Positions 16,614-24,009 of a stretch of 36,053 nt of DNA are shown piece after piece. The stretch's first letter is position 1; each line of letters opens with the position of its first letter. Position numbers and translations under genes: made by a program. The stretch is from a virus, in the IMG/VR virus record IMGVR_UViG_3300037047_000060, positions 1 through 36,053 of that record; one strand, given 5' to 3'. A model generated the notes under the pieces. The model was not told the origin of the DNA. It made no database searches and saw nothing but the letters and a program-made list of their open reading frames with translations.

Positions 16614-16644
16614 AATCTTACAATCTTTATGATTATGTAAGATT
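16614..16644. promoter_or_regulatory. 9-bp inverted repeat (aatcttaca / tgtaagatt) within the longest non-coding gap
   Basis: 16614-16622 pairs with 16636-16644 around a 13-nt loop. It is flanked by A-runs on the + strand. A possible promoter lies just upstream: TTGCAA 16582-16587, 16-nt spacer, TAAAAT 16604-16609. Confidence 0.4.
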
Positions 16645-16671
16645 AAAAAACGCCAAAAGGATGGATAATAT

Positions 16672-17106
16672 ATGAATTTAGAACAAGCAATTCAGATAGC
16701 AAATAAGTATAGAAATAATTATTATAACGATATTGATTCAGAAAAAAGAGAAGTTGCTAATGCAATAAATGTATTACTATCACAAGCAATAAGAAAAAAT
16801 AATCTTTATAAAGAATTGTTTGAATTGTTAGGAATTAGAATGACAGACATCGGAATATCTTATGGAATTATATATAGTAAAAAGGCAGATAGCATTTTAT
16901 TAAAAATTGAAAAAATAGAAAAACAAAATCAAAAAAAAGATATTTTTGATGGATTAGATATCATAAAAAAAGGTACTATCCATGATGAAGATTATACGTC
17001 TACGTATGAACTTACAAACGGAGGAGTTGAAAATCCACCAAAGCAAAAACCAACTGTTGCTACAAAAAAACCAATTAAAATAGGAGATCGAAATGAAAAA
17101 ATTTAA
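16672..17106 (+). CDS. Hypothetical protein
   Basis: 144-aa ORF with RBS aaaggatgg upstream. Confidence 0.6.
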   Translation: MNLEQAIQIANKYRNNYYNDIDSEKREVANAINVLLSQAIRKNNLYKELFELLGIRMTDIGISYGIIYSKKADSILLKIEKIEKQNQKKDIFDGLDIIKKGTIHDEDYTSTYELTNGGVENPPKQKPTVATKKPIKIGDRNEKI

Positions 17107-17521
17107 TTATCAAAAATTAAGAAAAGAGAACCAGGATCGATACAACAAGTTCTTTGAAGAAAATGGGTTCTTCGCATTTGACAATCAACAATTTGAAGAA
17201 GGTAAAAAAAAGATTAATACACCAAACAACGAAGACATTGTCAGCATAGGCATGGGCGGATACATAAAGAAAAGCAGCAGAGAAGAATACAGCAAAATGG
17301 TAAAAGAAACCAGTCAAAGAGAATCTGATTGGCTCCAGGATCATGAAAACTTAAGACAAGCATTATTATATGAGCTAGCAAATCATGAGTATCATATTAC
17401 CGAAGATGTTGAAGACACACTTGATGCACTGTCGATGCCAAAAGGTTACTGGCAGAATCCAATCAACATCAATCTGCTAACATCAGTCATAAAAGAATAC
17501 ATGAAACGTAATAACTACTAA
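17093..17521 (+). CDS. Hypothetical protein
   Basis: 142-aa ORF with RBS taggag upstream. Confidence 0.6.
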   Translation: MKKFNYQKLRKENQDRYNKFFEENGFFAFDNQQFEEGKKKINTPNNEDIVSIGMGGYIKKSSREEYSKMVKETSQRESDWLQDHENLRQALLYELANHEYHITEDVEDTLDALSMPKGYWQNPININLLTSVIKEYMKRNNY

Positions 17522-17540
17522 ATAAGAAAGAGGAAAAACA

Positions 17541-17957
17541 ATGAATCCAACTGAAGGAATGATGATTAGAAATAGACAGTCAAAAGAGATTTATCTAGTA
17601 ACACAAAGAACAACCGAAAATATTTATATTAGAAACAGCAAAGGTTCAATAGGAAAATTATCGCTTGATGAATTTAAAGAAGAATATGAAATAGTAACAT
17701 ATGGACTCAAAACAGAAGGTAGAGCAAAAGAACCATATGAAGCACCAAAAGTTGAATTCATATCATTTGAAGACATCTACAGATTAACTGAAAAAACAAT
17801 TCCGATGAGAGCATCTGAGATAGAGAACATCCCAGATCATCTTAAAGGAAAAGAAATATGTGCTTATTGTTGGGAACCATTATACAAGCACAATTCAAAA
17901 GTAAATAGATACTACAACTACTGTCCGGGATGCGGAAGAAAAGTAGCTGAGAAGTAG
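17541..17957 (+). CDS. Hypothetical protein with a C-terminal zinc-ribbon-like CxxC...CxxC
   Basis: CAYCWEPLYKHNSKVNRYYNYCPGCGRK at the C-terminus. RBS agaggaaa upstream. Confidence 0.6.
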   Translation: MNPTEGMMIRNRQSKEIYLVTQRTTENIYIRNSKGSIGKLSLDEFKEEYEIVTYGLKTEGRAKEPYEAPKVEFISFEDIYRLTEKTIPMRASEIENIPDHLKGKEICAYCWEPLYKHNSKVNRYYNYCPGCGRKVAEK

Positions 17958-17991
17958 AATTCAATCTTTAAACCATTGTAATATATAAACG

Positions 17992-18020
17992 TTGACTAAG
18001 TAAACGTTAAGTAATATAAT
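17992..18020 (+). promoter_or_regulatory. Near-consensus sigma-70-type promoter P2 (paralogue of P1)
   Basis: TTGACT (17992-17997), a 17-nt spacer, then TATAAT (18015-18020). TAAACGTT occurs twice (17986-17993 and 18001-18008), flanking the -35 element. The 22-nt block 17985-18006 is identical to 6050-6071. Confidence 0.8.
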
Positions 18021-18055
18021 GGTTCTAGATAAAAAGAAAACATCGGAGGAATAGA

Positions 18056-19639
18056 ATGGACTTATTCAGCACAATGGTACCTAGCATTAAGTTTTCAAAG
18101 AACAATGAACTAACTATGAATGAAAACTTTGCAGGAATAGGTGCATTTAAAAAAGGGTTCGAAAGAGCAGGCTTCAAGGTAAAAGTTGTTGCAATTAGCG
18201 AAATAGATAAATACTGCATCCAAACATACAATGAGATACATGGACCAGTTAATAACCTAGGCGCTATAGGCTCATTCGATAGGCTTCCTGCAGGAGTTGA
18301 TGTATGCACATGGTCATTCCCATGTCAAGACATTTCAAATGCAGGACATGGCAAAGGAATGGAAGAAGGAACCAGATCCAATTATGGGTTCGTATTCTTA
18401 GAAACATTAAGAAATACACCTATAGAAGAAAGACCAAAAGTACTCATCATGGAAAACGTTGCATTGTTATTCAGCAAAAAGTTTCATAAATATTGGAGTA
18501 GGATACTTACGATATTATCGGAATGCGGATATCAGAACTATCCAGGGAAAATGAATGCCAAAGATTATGGGGTAGCACAAAACAGAGATAGAGTCTTTAT
18601 AGTATCCGTACTAGGCGAATATAGTTACGAATATCCTAAACCATTCAAATTAGAAAAAAAGCTTAAAGACTATTTAGAGCCACAAGTTATTGAAAAGTTT
18701 TATTTAACAGCAGATCAGATACTTTCAATGTTTAAATCTAAATATGAAAGTATGGGTATCAAAAGAGTTAAAGAAGAAGATGCTGAAACAATCAATGCAA
18801 TCACAACGATGCAGGGCGGAAATAGAGAACCTAAAATAATTGAAAACATTAAGAAAGATGAAAGAGAACCAAAGATAGCATACGCAGTCGCAAGTCGTGA
18901 ATTCAGAGAACGTGGTTTTATGGAAATAGCACCCACACTTCTATCAAGAGATTATAAGGATCAAAAAATATTAGAAATACCACAAGATAAAACGATATGC
19001 ATAAACTCAAAGGTGGATGGGAAGCAACCAAGCATTCAAAACAGAGTGTATGATGTCGAAGGACTTTCAACCGCTATAACAACGTCATTCATGACAAATA
19101 GTGCAGAACCACAGTTCGCATATGGACCACAAAAAAGAGAATTCTCAGGTTTTAAAGAAATTGCCCATACATTAAGAGCAACTGACTATAAGCAACCTAA
19201 CGTAGTTTTAATACCTGAGAAGACAAAAAAAGAATATGCAGAAGCAACCGATGGCGATGGAATCTATATCAACAGACCATATCAAAAAAGAGGTACAGTC
19301 CAAAAAGGAAAGATACACACAATAAAAACTTCACCAGATGACATAGGTCTAGTAGAAAACATCCAGACCGAAGTAAAAAAATTAAAGTTAGTCTACGACT
19401 TGGGATTATTTAGAATATACGAAGACGAGGACAAAAAAGCATATCTTATGAATAAAGATGGTCAACTATCAAGAATTAGAAAAGTGACACCACGTGAATC
19501 ATGGAGGCTCATGGACTTTGATGAAGAAGACTTCAATAAAGCAGAAAAACTGAACAGCAACACTCAATTATATAAACAAGCAGGAAATTCAATAGTCGTA
19601 GGAGTTATAGAACAAATAGCAAGAATGATGATGGAGTAA
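18056..19639 (+). CDS. DNA (cytosine-5) methyltransferase with an expanded, internally repeated target-recognition region
   Basis: Motifs: I FAGIGAF, IV SFPCQDIS, VI IMENV, VIII QNRDRVFIV, IX VTPRESWRLMDF, X AGNSIVVGV. About 270 aa lie between motifs VIII and IX. That region holds duplicated segments (AYAVASREFRERGFMEIAPTLLSRDYKDQKILEIP and AYGPQKREFSGFKEIAHTLRATDYKQPNVVLIP) and three xTIxT(S/M) motifs. Confidence 0.9.
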   Translation: MDLFSTMVPSIKFSKNNELTMNENFAGIGAFKKGFERAGFKVKVVAISEIDKYCIQTYNEIHGPVNNLGAIGSFDRLPAGVDVCTWSFPCQDISNAGHGKGMEEGTRSNYGFVFLETLRNTPIEERPKVLIMENVALLFSKKFHKYWSRILTILSECGYQNYPGKMNAKDYGVAQNRDRVFIVSVLGEYSYEYPKPFKLEKKLKDYLEPQVIEKFYLTADQILSMFKSKYESMGIKRVKEEDAETINAITTMQGGNREPKIIENIKKDEREPKIAYAVASREFRERGFMEIAPTLLSRDYKDQKILEIPQDKTICINSKVDGKQPSIQNRVYDVEGLSTAITTSFMTNSAEPQFAYGPQKREFSGFKEIAHTLRATDYKQPNVVLIPEKTKKEYAEATDGDGIYINRPYQKRGTVQKGKIHTIKTSPDDIGLVENIQTEVKKLKLVYDLGLFRIYEDEDKKAYLMNKDGQLSRIRKVTPRESWRLMDFDEEDFNKAEKLNSNTQLYKQAGNSIVVGVIEQIARMMME

Positions 19640-19643
19640 GAAA

Positions 19644-20555
19644 ATGATAATCATAGGCAATGCATTAGAAGAATTGAAAAAGCTTGAAGATGAAAGCATA
19701 GATTGCATCATTACATCACCACCATACTGGTCATTAAGAGATTATTAAACTGCAGGACAAATCGGACTTGAACCTACAATTAAAGAATATATCCAAAATT
19801 TAATAAAAGTTTTTAATGAAGCAAAAAGAGTTTTAAAGAAAGATGGAACCTGTTGGGTTAACATAAGCGATACATACTCAGGCGATAAGACTGGAAAGAC
19901 AGATCAGAAGATGCAATACATACCAAAGCAAAATCTAAAGAAGAGAGTGAGAGAACTCCCAAGAAAATCGCTATGTAACATACCTGCTAGGTTTTCAATA
20001 GCAATGCAGGACGAAGGATGGATACTTAGAAACGAAATTATATGGTACAAACCAAACGCTATGCCATCGAGCGTAAAGGACAGGTTCACAGTAGACTTTG
20101 AAAAGATATACTTCTTCACAAAGAACACAGAGTATTACTTCAACCAACCAAAAGAACCTATGAGAACAAACGATATAAGCCAACCAAGAGGAAGCAAAGG
20201 GGTTCTAGGATCAATGAATGGAGGAAGAAGAAACAAGCAGCAAGAACAACCAAGGCCAACAGAACAGAACCTGATGCGTAACAAACGTACAGTATGGACC
20301 ATAAACACCCAAAGAAGCACGTACGAACACTTTGCAATGTTCCCTAAAGAACTAGTGGAAACCATCATAGAAGCAGGATGTAGACCACAAGGTGTAGTCC
20401 TAGATATGTTCCTAGGCTCAGTTACCACAATCAAGGTGGCAAGCACAATGAATAGAGCATACGTGGGTATTGAAATCAATCCAGAGTATGCTCAGATAGC
20501 AAAGAAAAGAATGGAAAATGTTCAGATCAGTATATTTGGATGGGAAGATGGATAA
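19644..20555 (+). pseudogene. SPPY-type (N4-C / N6-A, beta-class) DNA methyltransferase interrupted by one in-frame TAA (19746-19748)
   Basis: The ATG at 19644 gives MIIIGNALEELKKLEDESIDCIITSPPYWSLRDY, then TAA. The same frame continues open as TAGQIGLEPTIKEY...NEIIWYKPNAMPSSVKDRF...FPKELVE...VLDMFLGSVTT...GIEINPEY to 20555. Motif I is degenerate (GSVTT instead of GSGTT). Confidence 0.8.
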
Positions 20556-20594
20556 AAAATAAGAAGAAACACAGTAGAAAGGATGTAGAAACCA

Positions 20595-20897
20595 TTGAAA
20601 ACACCTGACAATGTGATAAAATTCTATCAATCTGAAGCATGGAAACGTGTAAGAAGAATGATAAGAGCTGAACGCATGGGAGTGTGTGAAGAGTGTGGTG
20701 GTGTGGGTACAGAAGTACACCATATCATTCCAATATCAGCGGACAATGTATCAGATCAAACCATAAGCATCAACCCAAAGAACCTGCAACTACTATGCAG
20801 AGAGTGTCACAACTCAAAACGTGCGCGCGAAGTGCAGTTGAGGGATGAATTAATGTTCGATGAGATAGGCAATCTCATAAAGAAACCGAACAGATGA
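20595..20897 (+). CDS. HNH endonuclease (terminase-associated type)
   Basis: FYQSEAWKRVRRMIRAERMGVCEECGGVGTEVHHIIPIS...NLQLLCRECHNSKR. The start appears to be TTG. Confidence 0.8.
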   Translation: MKTPDNVIKFYQSEAWKRVRRMIRAERMGVCEECGGVGTEVHHIIPISADNVSDQTISINPKNLQLLCRECHNSKRAREVQLRDELMFDEIGNLIKKPNR

Positions 20898-20903
20898 AGC
20901 ATA

Positions 20904-20954
20904 CCCCCCCGGTCTGATTCGAAAATAAACAATTCTGCCACACCGGGCGTGGGG
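20904..20954. other. GC-rich island with an imperfect C-run/G-run inverted repeat (candidate cos/packaging site or terminator)
   Basis: ccccccc-gg (20904-20912) faces ccgggcgtgggg (20943-20954) in an otherwise AT-rich genome, immediately after the HNH gene. Confidence 0.3.
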
Positions 20955-21028
20955 TTCTTCACGAAAATATGCCGATTTTTGAAAAAACTTGACATTATGT
21001 TAAACTTTTAGAGAAGGATGTGAAAAGC

Positions 21029-22291
21029 ATGGAAGTTAAAATGATAGATCCAAAAAGTATTATTCCGTATGAAAATAACCCAAGAAAGAATGACAAAGCT
21101 GTAAAACCTTTGATGGAATCCATTCAGCAATTTGGGTTTAATGTTCCAATCACAGTAGACAAGAACATGGTAGTAGTTACAGGTCACACACGATTAAGAG
21201 CAGCACTAAAACTTAAGATGACAGAAGTTCCCATTATCATTCTTGATGGACTTGACGATGAAAAAATCAAAGCATTTAGATTAGCAGACAATAAGTTGTC
21301 CGAAATTGCTGATTGGGATATACAAAAACTGATTGAAGAACTACAAGGCATAGAAATAGACATGACAATCTTCGGCTTCAAAAAAGAGAAGAGTGTTGAT
21401 GATGTAGATGGCGATGATTACGACTTTACACTAGATCCAAAACCAAAGAGTAAACTAGGCGACATTTATCAACTCGGAAGACATCGACTAATCTGTGGCG
21501 ATGCACGTATCAAAGATGACATTGATAATTTAATGGATGGAAAAATGATAGACTGCATCATTACAGATCCACCATACAATGTTGACTATAAAGGCGGAGG
21601 CTCTAACAAGCGAAGCGGTATTCAAAACGACAACATGAATGATGATGCATTCCTAGAATTCCTAACTGACAGTTTTGGAAACATGGCAGCTTATCTCAAA
21701 CCGGGCGGATCATTTTATATATGGTATGGCGATAGCAATGATATCGAATTCAGAATGGCAATCAAAAGAGCAGGACTTGATATCAAGCAAACTATCAACT
21801 GGGTAAAGAACGCATTCACACTTGGAAGACAGGACTATCAATGGCAACATGAACCATGCATCTACGGATGGAAGCCCGGTGCAGCACACTACTTCATTGA
21901 TGACAGAACATGGTCGACAGTATTCTCTGATGACTTTAACATCAGCAAAATGAATGCTAAAGAAGTAAAAGCAATACTGACTCAAATCTTCGAATCAGTT
22001 CAAACAAGTGTACTAAGATATGATAAACCAACAAGAAGCGCAGAGCATCCTACAATGAAACCAGTCAAGTTGATTGCAAGGCTGATGCAAAACAGCAGCA
22101 ACCCGGACGAAAGCATTCTGGATCCATTTGGAGGTTCTGGTACCACACTTATTGTAGCTGAACAAATGAATAGAACTTGCTACATGTCAGAACTTGATCC
22201 CAAGTATGTTGATGTCATAATTAACCGATGGGAAGAGATGACAAAGCAAAAAGCTGTTAAACTAAATAATAGCGAAACCATGGGAGGATAA
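21029..22291 (+). CDS. ParB-like nuclease domain fused to a DNA N6-adenine/N4-cytosine methyltransferase
   Basis: The N-terminus IPYENNPRKNDKAVKPLMESIQQFGFNVPITVD...GHTRLRAA is a ParB/Srx fold. IITDPPYNVDY is motif IV and LDPFGGSGTTLIVAEQ is motif I. The ATG at 21029 is 10 nt after agaagga (the track start is a GTG at 21020). Confidence 0.9.
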   Translation: MEVKMIDPKSIIPYENNPRKNDKAVKPLMESIQQFGFNVPITVDKNMVVVTGHTRLRAALKLKMTEVPIIILDGLDDEKIKAFRLADNKLSEIADWDIQKLIEELQGIEIDMTIFGFKKEKSVDDVDGDDYDFTLDPKPKSKLGDIYQLGRHRLICGDARIKDDIDNLMDGKMIDCIITDPPYNVDYKGGGSNKRSGIQNDNMNDDAFLEFLTDSFGNMAAYLKPGGSFYIWYGDSNDIEFRMAIKRAGLDIKQTINWVKNAFTLGRQDYQWQHEPCIYGWKPGAAHYFIDDRTWSTVFSDDFNISKMNAKEVKAILTQIFESVQTSVLRYDKPTRSAEHPTMKPVKLIARLMQNSSNPDESILDPFGGSGTTLIVAEQMNRTCYMSELDPKYVDVIINRWEEMTKQKAVKLNNSETMGG

Positions 22292-22292
22292 C

Positions 22293-22454
22293 ATGAAACC
22301 AAAGAAACAAACAAATCCAAAAAGAATTGTAGTCATTGACGATGCAGGAAATGGCGATGCAACATGCACTGTTGTAGCAAAAGTCAAAGATGGAGTTGTA
22401 ACGATTATTAGCGAAAAACTTGAAAAGAGTAGAAAAGGAGTTCAAAACCGATGA
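22293..22454 (+). CDS. Hypothetical small protein (53 aa, below the ORF-track cut-off)
   Basis: The ATG at 22293 follows gggagga. It fills the gap between the ParB-MTase and metK, and its stop overlaps the metK start (ATGA). Confidence 0.5.
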   Translation: MKPKKQTNPKRIVVIDDAGNGDATCTVVAKVKDGVVTIISEKLEKSRKGVQNR

Positions 22455-23527
22455 GATTATTCAGCACTGAACAAGTATCAAAGTATCACCCAGACAAATA
22501 TGCAGATCAGATAAGCGATGCAATCCTTGATGCAGCACTTAAGAAAAACAAAAATGCCAGAGTCGCTGCAGAAACACTTGTCAAAGATAAGATTGTTATT
22601 GTCGCAGGGGAAACAAGCGAAGAATTCTCCAGGGAAGAGATTGAAGCAATCGTTAAAAACATAGCATTCAAACTTAGATATGAAGTAGAAACAGTCATCA
22701 ATCTTCTTGGAAAACAGTCACAACAAATAAATCATGCAGTTGATGGCAATGATGCGGATGATCCTGCAGCAGGCGACCAAGGCATCATGTTTGGATATGC
22801 AACAAGCGAAACATCAAGTTATCTTCCATTCGGATTCCATATTGCAAATCACATCATCAAACACATTGAACATTACGCTGACGAAGGAAGAATATTCAAA
22901 GGCGATGCAAAAGTTCAAGTTACAGTAGACTTAGATAAATATACTAGAGAATCAATTCATACAATTTTAGTCAGCGCATGTCATTATGAAGACATTGATG
23001 AAAAAACTGTGAAGAAAACGATTCAGGACATCATTGTCAATTCATTAAGATTTAACGAATGTAAAAATATTGATGAAGTGATAATCATAGCAAATCCATC
23101 AGGCGTGTGGACCATAGGCGGACCAGTAGCAGACTCAGGACTCACAGGAAGAAAGATAGTCTGCGACCAATATGGCGGATACGTTCAAGTGGGTGGTGGC
23201 GCATTCTCTGGAAAAGATCCAAGCAAGGTAGACAGAAGCGGTTCCTATGCAGCAAGAGAAATTGCAGTAAGAGCAATCGATAAATTTAAGAAATACGGAC
23301 TAGCAGACGTTCAAATTCAAGTAGCCTATGGAATAGGTATCAAAGAACCATTAAGCGTCAACGTCATTCTTAATGGAAGTTTAACTGCCGATGATAGAAA
23401 AGAAATTCATGAATATATCAATCGAATTGAATTAACTCCAGGATCGATAATCAAACGTCTAGGACTCAAAGATTTAAAATACAGTGAAATAGCAGGCGGA
23501 TGCCACTACTATGGCAAACACTGGTAG
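22451..23527 (+). CDS. metK: S-adenosylmethionine synthetase (MetK homologue, phage-encoded)
   Basis: HPDKYADQISDAILDA, AAGDQGIMFGYA, GGPVADSGLTGRKIV and GGGAFSGKDPSKVDRSGSYAAR match the MetK signature blocks. 358 aa. Confidence 0.9.
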   Translation: MRLFSTEQVSKYHPDKYADQISDAILDAALKKNKNARVAAETLVKDKIVIVAGETSEEFSREEIEAIVKNIAFKLRYEVETVINLLGKQSQQINHAVDGNDADDPAAGDQGIMFGYATSETSSYLPFGFHIANHIIKHIEHYADEGRIFKGDAKVQVTVDLDKYTRESIHTILVSACHYEDIDEKTVKKTIQDIIVNSLRFNECKNIDEVIIIANPSGVWTIGGPVADSGLTGRKIVCDQYGGYVQVGGGAFSGKDPSKVDRSGSYAAREIAVRAIDKFKKYGLADVQIQVAYGIGIKEPLSVNVILNGSLTADDRKEIHEYINRIELTPGSIIKRLGLKDLKYSEIAGGCHYYGKHW

Positions 23528-24008
23528 GAAACCCATTCCTGCAGAAGCCATCGACAACCAAAGTCATAAAAAAAACAGTGAAGAAATCGAGATGCGTAAA
23601 GAGATAGAAGCCAAGCTTAAAACTAAAGCAAAGCTGACAGTTCCTAAGTATCTAACAGATGAAGCCAAGAAAGAATGGCGAAGAATCATGAGATTGTATA
23701 ATCAAATGGAATTGAAAATCCTAAACGATCTCGATATCACTGCATTAGTCATGTACTGCGAAGCAACAGCGATATATAAAAAGGCTCAAGAAACATGGGC
23801 AAAGGTGAATCAAGTCGTATCCGGGAACGATGCCGGGCAAAAAATGCTTGATAAAACATTTGCTACGATGGAAAAACAGTCTAAGATTATATCAAAATTG
23901 GCAGAGCAGCTTTGCCTAACTCCTGTAGGAAGAGCAAGAATTGGAAATGCTCACAGCAAAAACAAGCCAAAAAGTGATGTGCTTGATCTCATGAATGAGG
24001 AGGACTAG
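23511..24008 (+). CDS. terS: Terminase small subunit (P27 family-like)
   Basis: MANTGRKPIP...PKYLTDEAKKEWRRI...LCLTPVGRARIG is typical of P27-family TerS. It directly precedes TerL and overlaps metK by 17 nt. Confidence 0.8.
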   Translation: MANTGRKPIPAEAIDNQSHKKNSEEIEMRKEIEAKLKTKAKLTVPKYLTDEAKKEWRRIMRLYNQMELKILNDLDITALVMYCEATAIYKKAQETWAKVNQVVSGNDAGQKMLDKTFATMEKQSKIISKLAEQLCLTPVGRARIGNAHSKNKPKSDVLDLMNEED

Positions 24009-24009
24009 T

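Noticed and set aside
16614-16644. The hairpin at 16614-16644 as a + strand rho-independent terminator.
   Set aside because: On the + strand it is followed by an A-run, not a U-run. It only looks like a terminator on the minus strand, which has no genes.
19746-19748. TAA reassignment (an alternative genetic code) as the explanation for the in-frame stop in the methyltransferase.
   Set aside because: TAA is used as the ordinary stop of many well-supported genes in this window, for example 5987-5989, 6301-6303, 6648-6650, 19637-19639 and 25732-25734. No other gene needs read-through.
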